Source of the DNA: an uncultured Chloroflexia bacterium
GTDB taxonomy: Bacteria > Chloroflexota > Chloroflexia > QHBQ01 > JADMIH01
Length of the DNA stretch: 64,000 bases
NCBI GenBank assembly: GCA_963797095.1
Contig: CAWCNY010000005.1
Location: forward strand, 608,001-672,000
Reading direction: 5' to 3'
Position numbers and translations under genes: made by a program. A model generated the notes under the pieces. It was not told where the DNA came from. It did no database searches and saw only the letters and a program-made list of their open reading frames with translations. Below, in pieces: positions 62,608-64,000 of this stretch (the stretch's first letter is position 1; each line of letters begins with the position of its first letter).

Positions 62608-62808
62608 TTATACGGTAGGGTTGCGAGGTATTACTACGCTTAGGATGATGTAGATTATGAATACCGGGAACAGGCCGGTCACAAACGCCAGCAAGATGGT
62701 GATCAGGCGCACGATGGTGGGATCGAGGTTGAAGTACTCGCCCAGACCACCACACACGCCGGAGATCATAGCGTCCCGGTTGCTGCGGTAGAGCCGCTTG
62801 TAGTCCAT
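62608..62808 (-). CDS. pspC: PspC domain protein
   Basis: RLYRSNRDAMISGVCGGLGEYFNLDPTIVR. Confidence 0.9.
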   Translation of the reverse strand: MDYKRLYRSNRDAMISGVCGGLGEYFNLDPTIVRLITILLAFVTGLFPVFIIYIILSVVIPRNPTV

Positions 62809-62865
62809 ATCTCATGCCCTCCTTTCGAACGATGTTTGCCATTCTGTCTGGTCTTCATTGTTAGT

Positions 62866-62892
62866 TACGTGGCGGGGTGGGGGAAGGTTTCA
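62866..62892 (-). promoter_or_regulatory. ECF (SigW-like) promoter TGAAAC-N17-CGTA
   Basis: Directly upstream of the pspC operon. Confidence 0.65.
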
Positions 62893-62898
62893 GGGTGT

Positions 62899-62968
62899 TG
62901 GTAGTTGGGTATAGTTCCTGGTTCCTGGTTCCTGGTTCTGACTACCGGCTACCGGCTACCGGCTACCT
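62899..62968. repeat. heptamer arrays (GGTTCCT)n and (GCTACCG)n
   Basis: Read directly. Confidence 0.88.
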
Positions 62969-63071
62969 GCTTCTACTCCTGTAGTTTGAGATCCACTGAT
63001 CATTCGCGCAAATGAGAGAGGAAATTCGAAGAGGCTGATGGCAATGATGGCAATGTGGTAGCATCCAATCT

Positions 63072-64000
63072 ATGCTACCAGATAGTAACTCTACCACCCT
63101 GACCAATGAACAGGTCAACAGCGTCCCCTTCTTGCTTGGGTTGATCGAGGACCTGGGCATTGGCTCTCTGATTGACGCCCATGTGCGTCCTCACGGCCAT
63201 TGGCAAGGGGCCAGCGTGGGCACGCTCGTCACTATCTGGCTGGCCCACATCCTCAGCGAACGCTCCCATCGTCTCGTTGCCGTTCGTGACTGGGCTGCTG
63301 CCCGTGCCCATACCATCGAAACCTTGCTGGGCATAGAATTGCGCCCTACTGATTGCACCGACGACCGCCTGGCCAATGTCCTCTCCATGCTTGGCTCTCC
63401 CTCCACCCAATCTATCCTTGATTCTGCCCTCACCCATCGCTGGATACATGGATCCGCCTCTACCGCTTGCCCTCTGACACCATCCGCCTGGACAGCACCT
63501 CGGTCTCCGTCTACCACGACTTTGACCCCGCTGAACAGGGTATCTTGCTGCAACGAGGCCACGGCAAAGCCACGGCAAAGCCAAAGCAAGGATAATCGCC
63601 CCGACCTCGCTCAGTTCAGAGTGATGCTTGCCTCGCCGCCTCCCTCGACCCGCTTGGGCTGCCCCTGTGCTGCCAGACAGTGAGTGGCAACCGCGCCGAT
63701 GACCCCTTGTACATTCCCGCCTAGGAAGCGGCAGTTGGGGCTGTAGGCACTCGCGATGTGCTGGTGGTAGGTGATTGTAAGATGGCTGCACTCGAAACGC
63801 GAGGATACATGGCCGCGCACAACAGCCGTTACTTGTGTAGGCTCTACGCTCCATGGGCTGCCCGTGAAATTGCAGGGTGGGTGGAGAGCGCCCTCGAACC
63901 TGAGCGTCGAGCCAATTGGGAGTGGGAGTGGGAGTGGGAATCGCTGGAAGTGGTAGATACGCGCACCGGGGAAATCCGTCTGGTGAGCGAGGTAGATACC
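63072..64000 (+). pseudogene. IS1634-like (DUF4277) transposase, multiply frameshifted, runs off the window
   Basis: PHGHWQG, TDDRLA, DSTSVSVY, SKDNRPDL.Q, SGNRADDPLY and GDCKMAALETR spread over different frames; an internal stop. Confidence 0.82.

Overview
High-GC bacterial chromosome segment, probably Chloroflexota (inferred from protein style and gene content, not from a search). 1-24.2 kb is accessory: an IS110 transposase, a membrane-anchored NERD protein, and a 13-gene surface-glycan locus. That locus holds GT2 x2, GT4 x3, a multi-TM protein, a nucleotidyltransferase, a dTMP-kinase-like protein, a flippase, a DUF1616-like protein, a CPBP protease and two small membrane proteins. It is followed by a GntR-REC regulator, two hybrid kinases, an HD-GYP regulator, a truncated acyltransferase and a decayed MNT-HEPN toxin-antitoxin pair that the ORF track misses. 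24.2-63 kb is mostly core, minus-strand DNA: gyrB, oppC/oppB, three MFS genes, a DUF2089 cluster, hutI, murI, rpsB-tsf-pyrH-frr-uppS-(cdsA slot)-dxr-rseP, ycaQ and a pspC/lia cluster. An IS1634-like pseudogene ends the window. Main observations: (1) a ~215-nt, compositionally foreign, densely base-paired RNA-like segment replaces the oppC/oppB junction; (2) the cdsA slot holds a CdsA-like protein with no catalytic motifs; (3) 8-bp-phased TA(G) arrays link the GntR-REC gene to the glycan operon; (4) period-7 tandem repeats of many different sequences are pervasive and invade essential genes; (5) several dispersed palindromic repeat families; (6) GyrB has substitutions at drug-binding positions. 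No rRNA, tRNA or CRISPR array was seen. All calls are by eye; no database searches were run.
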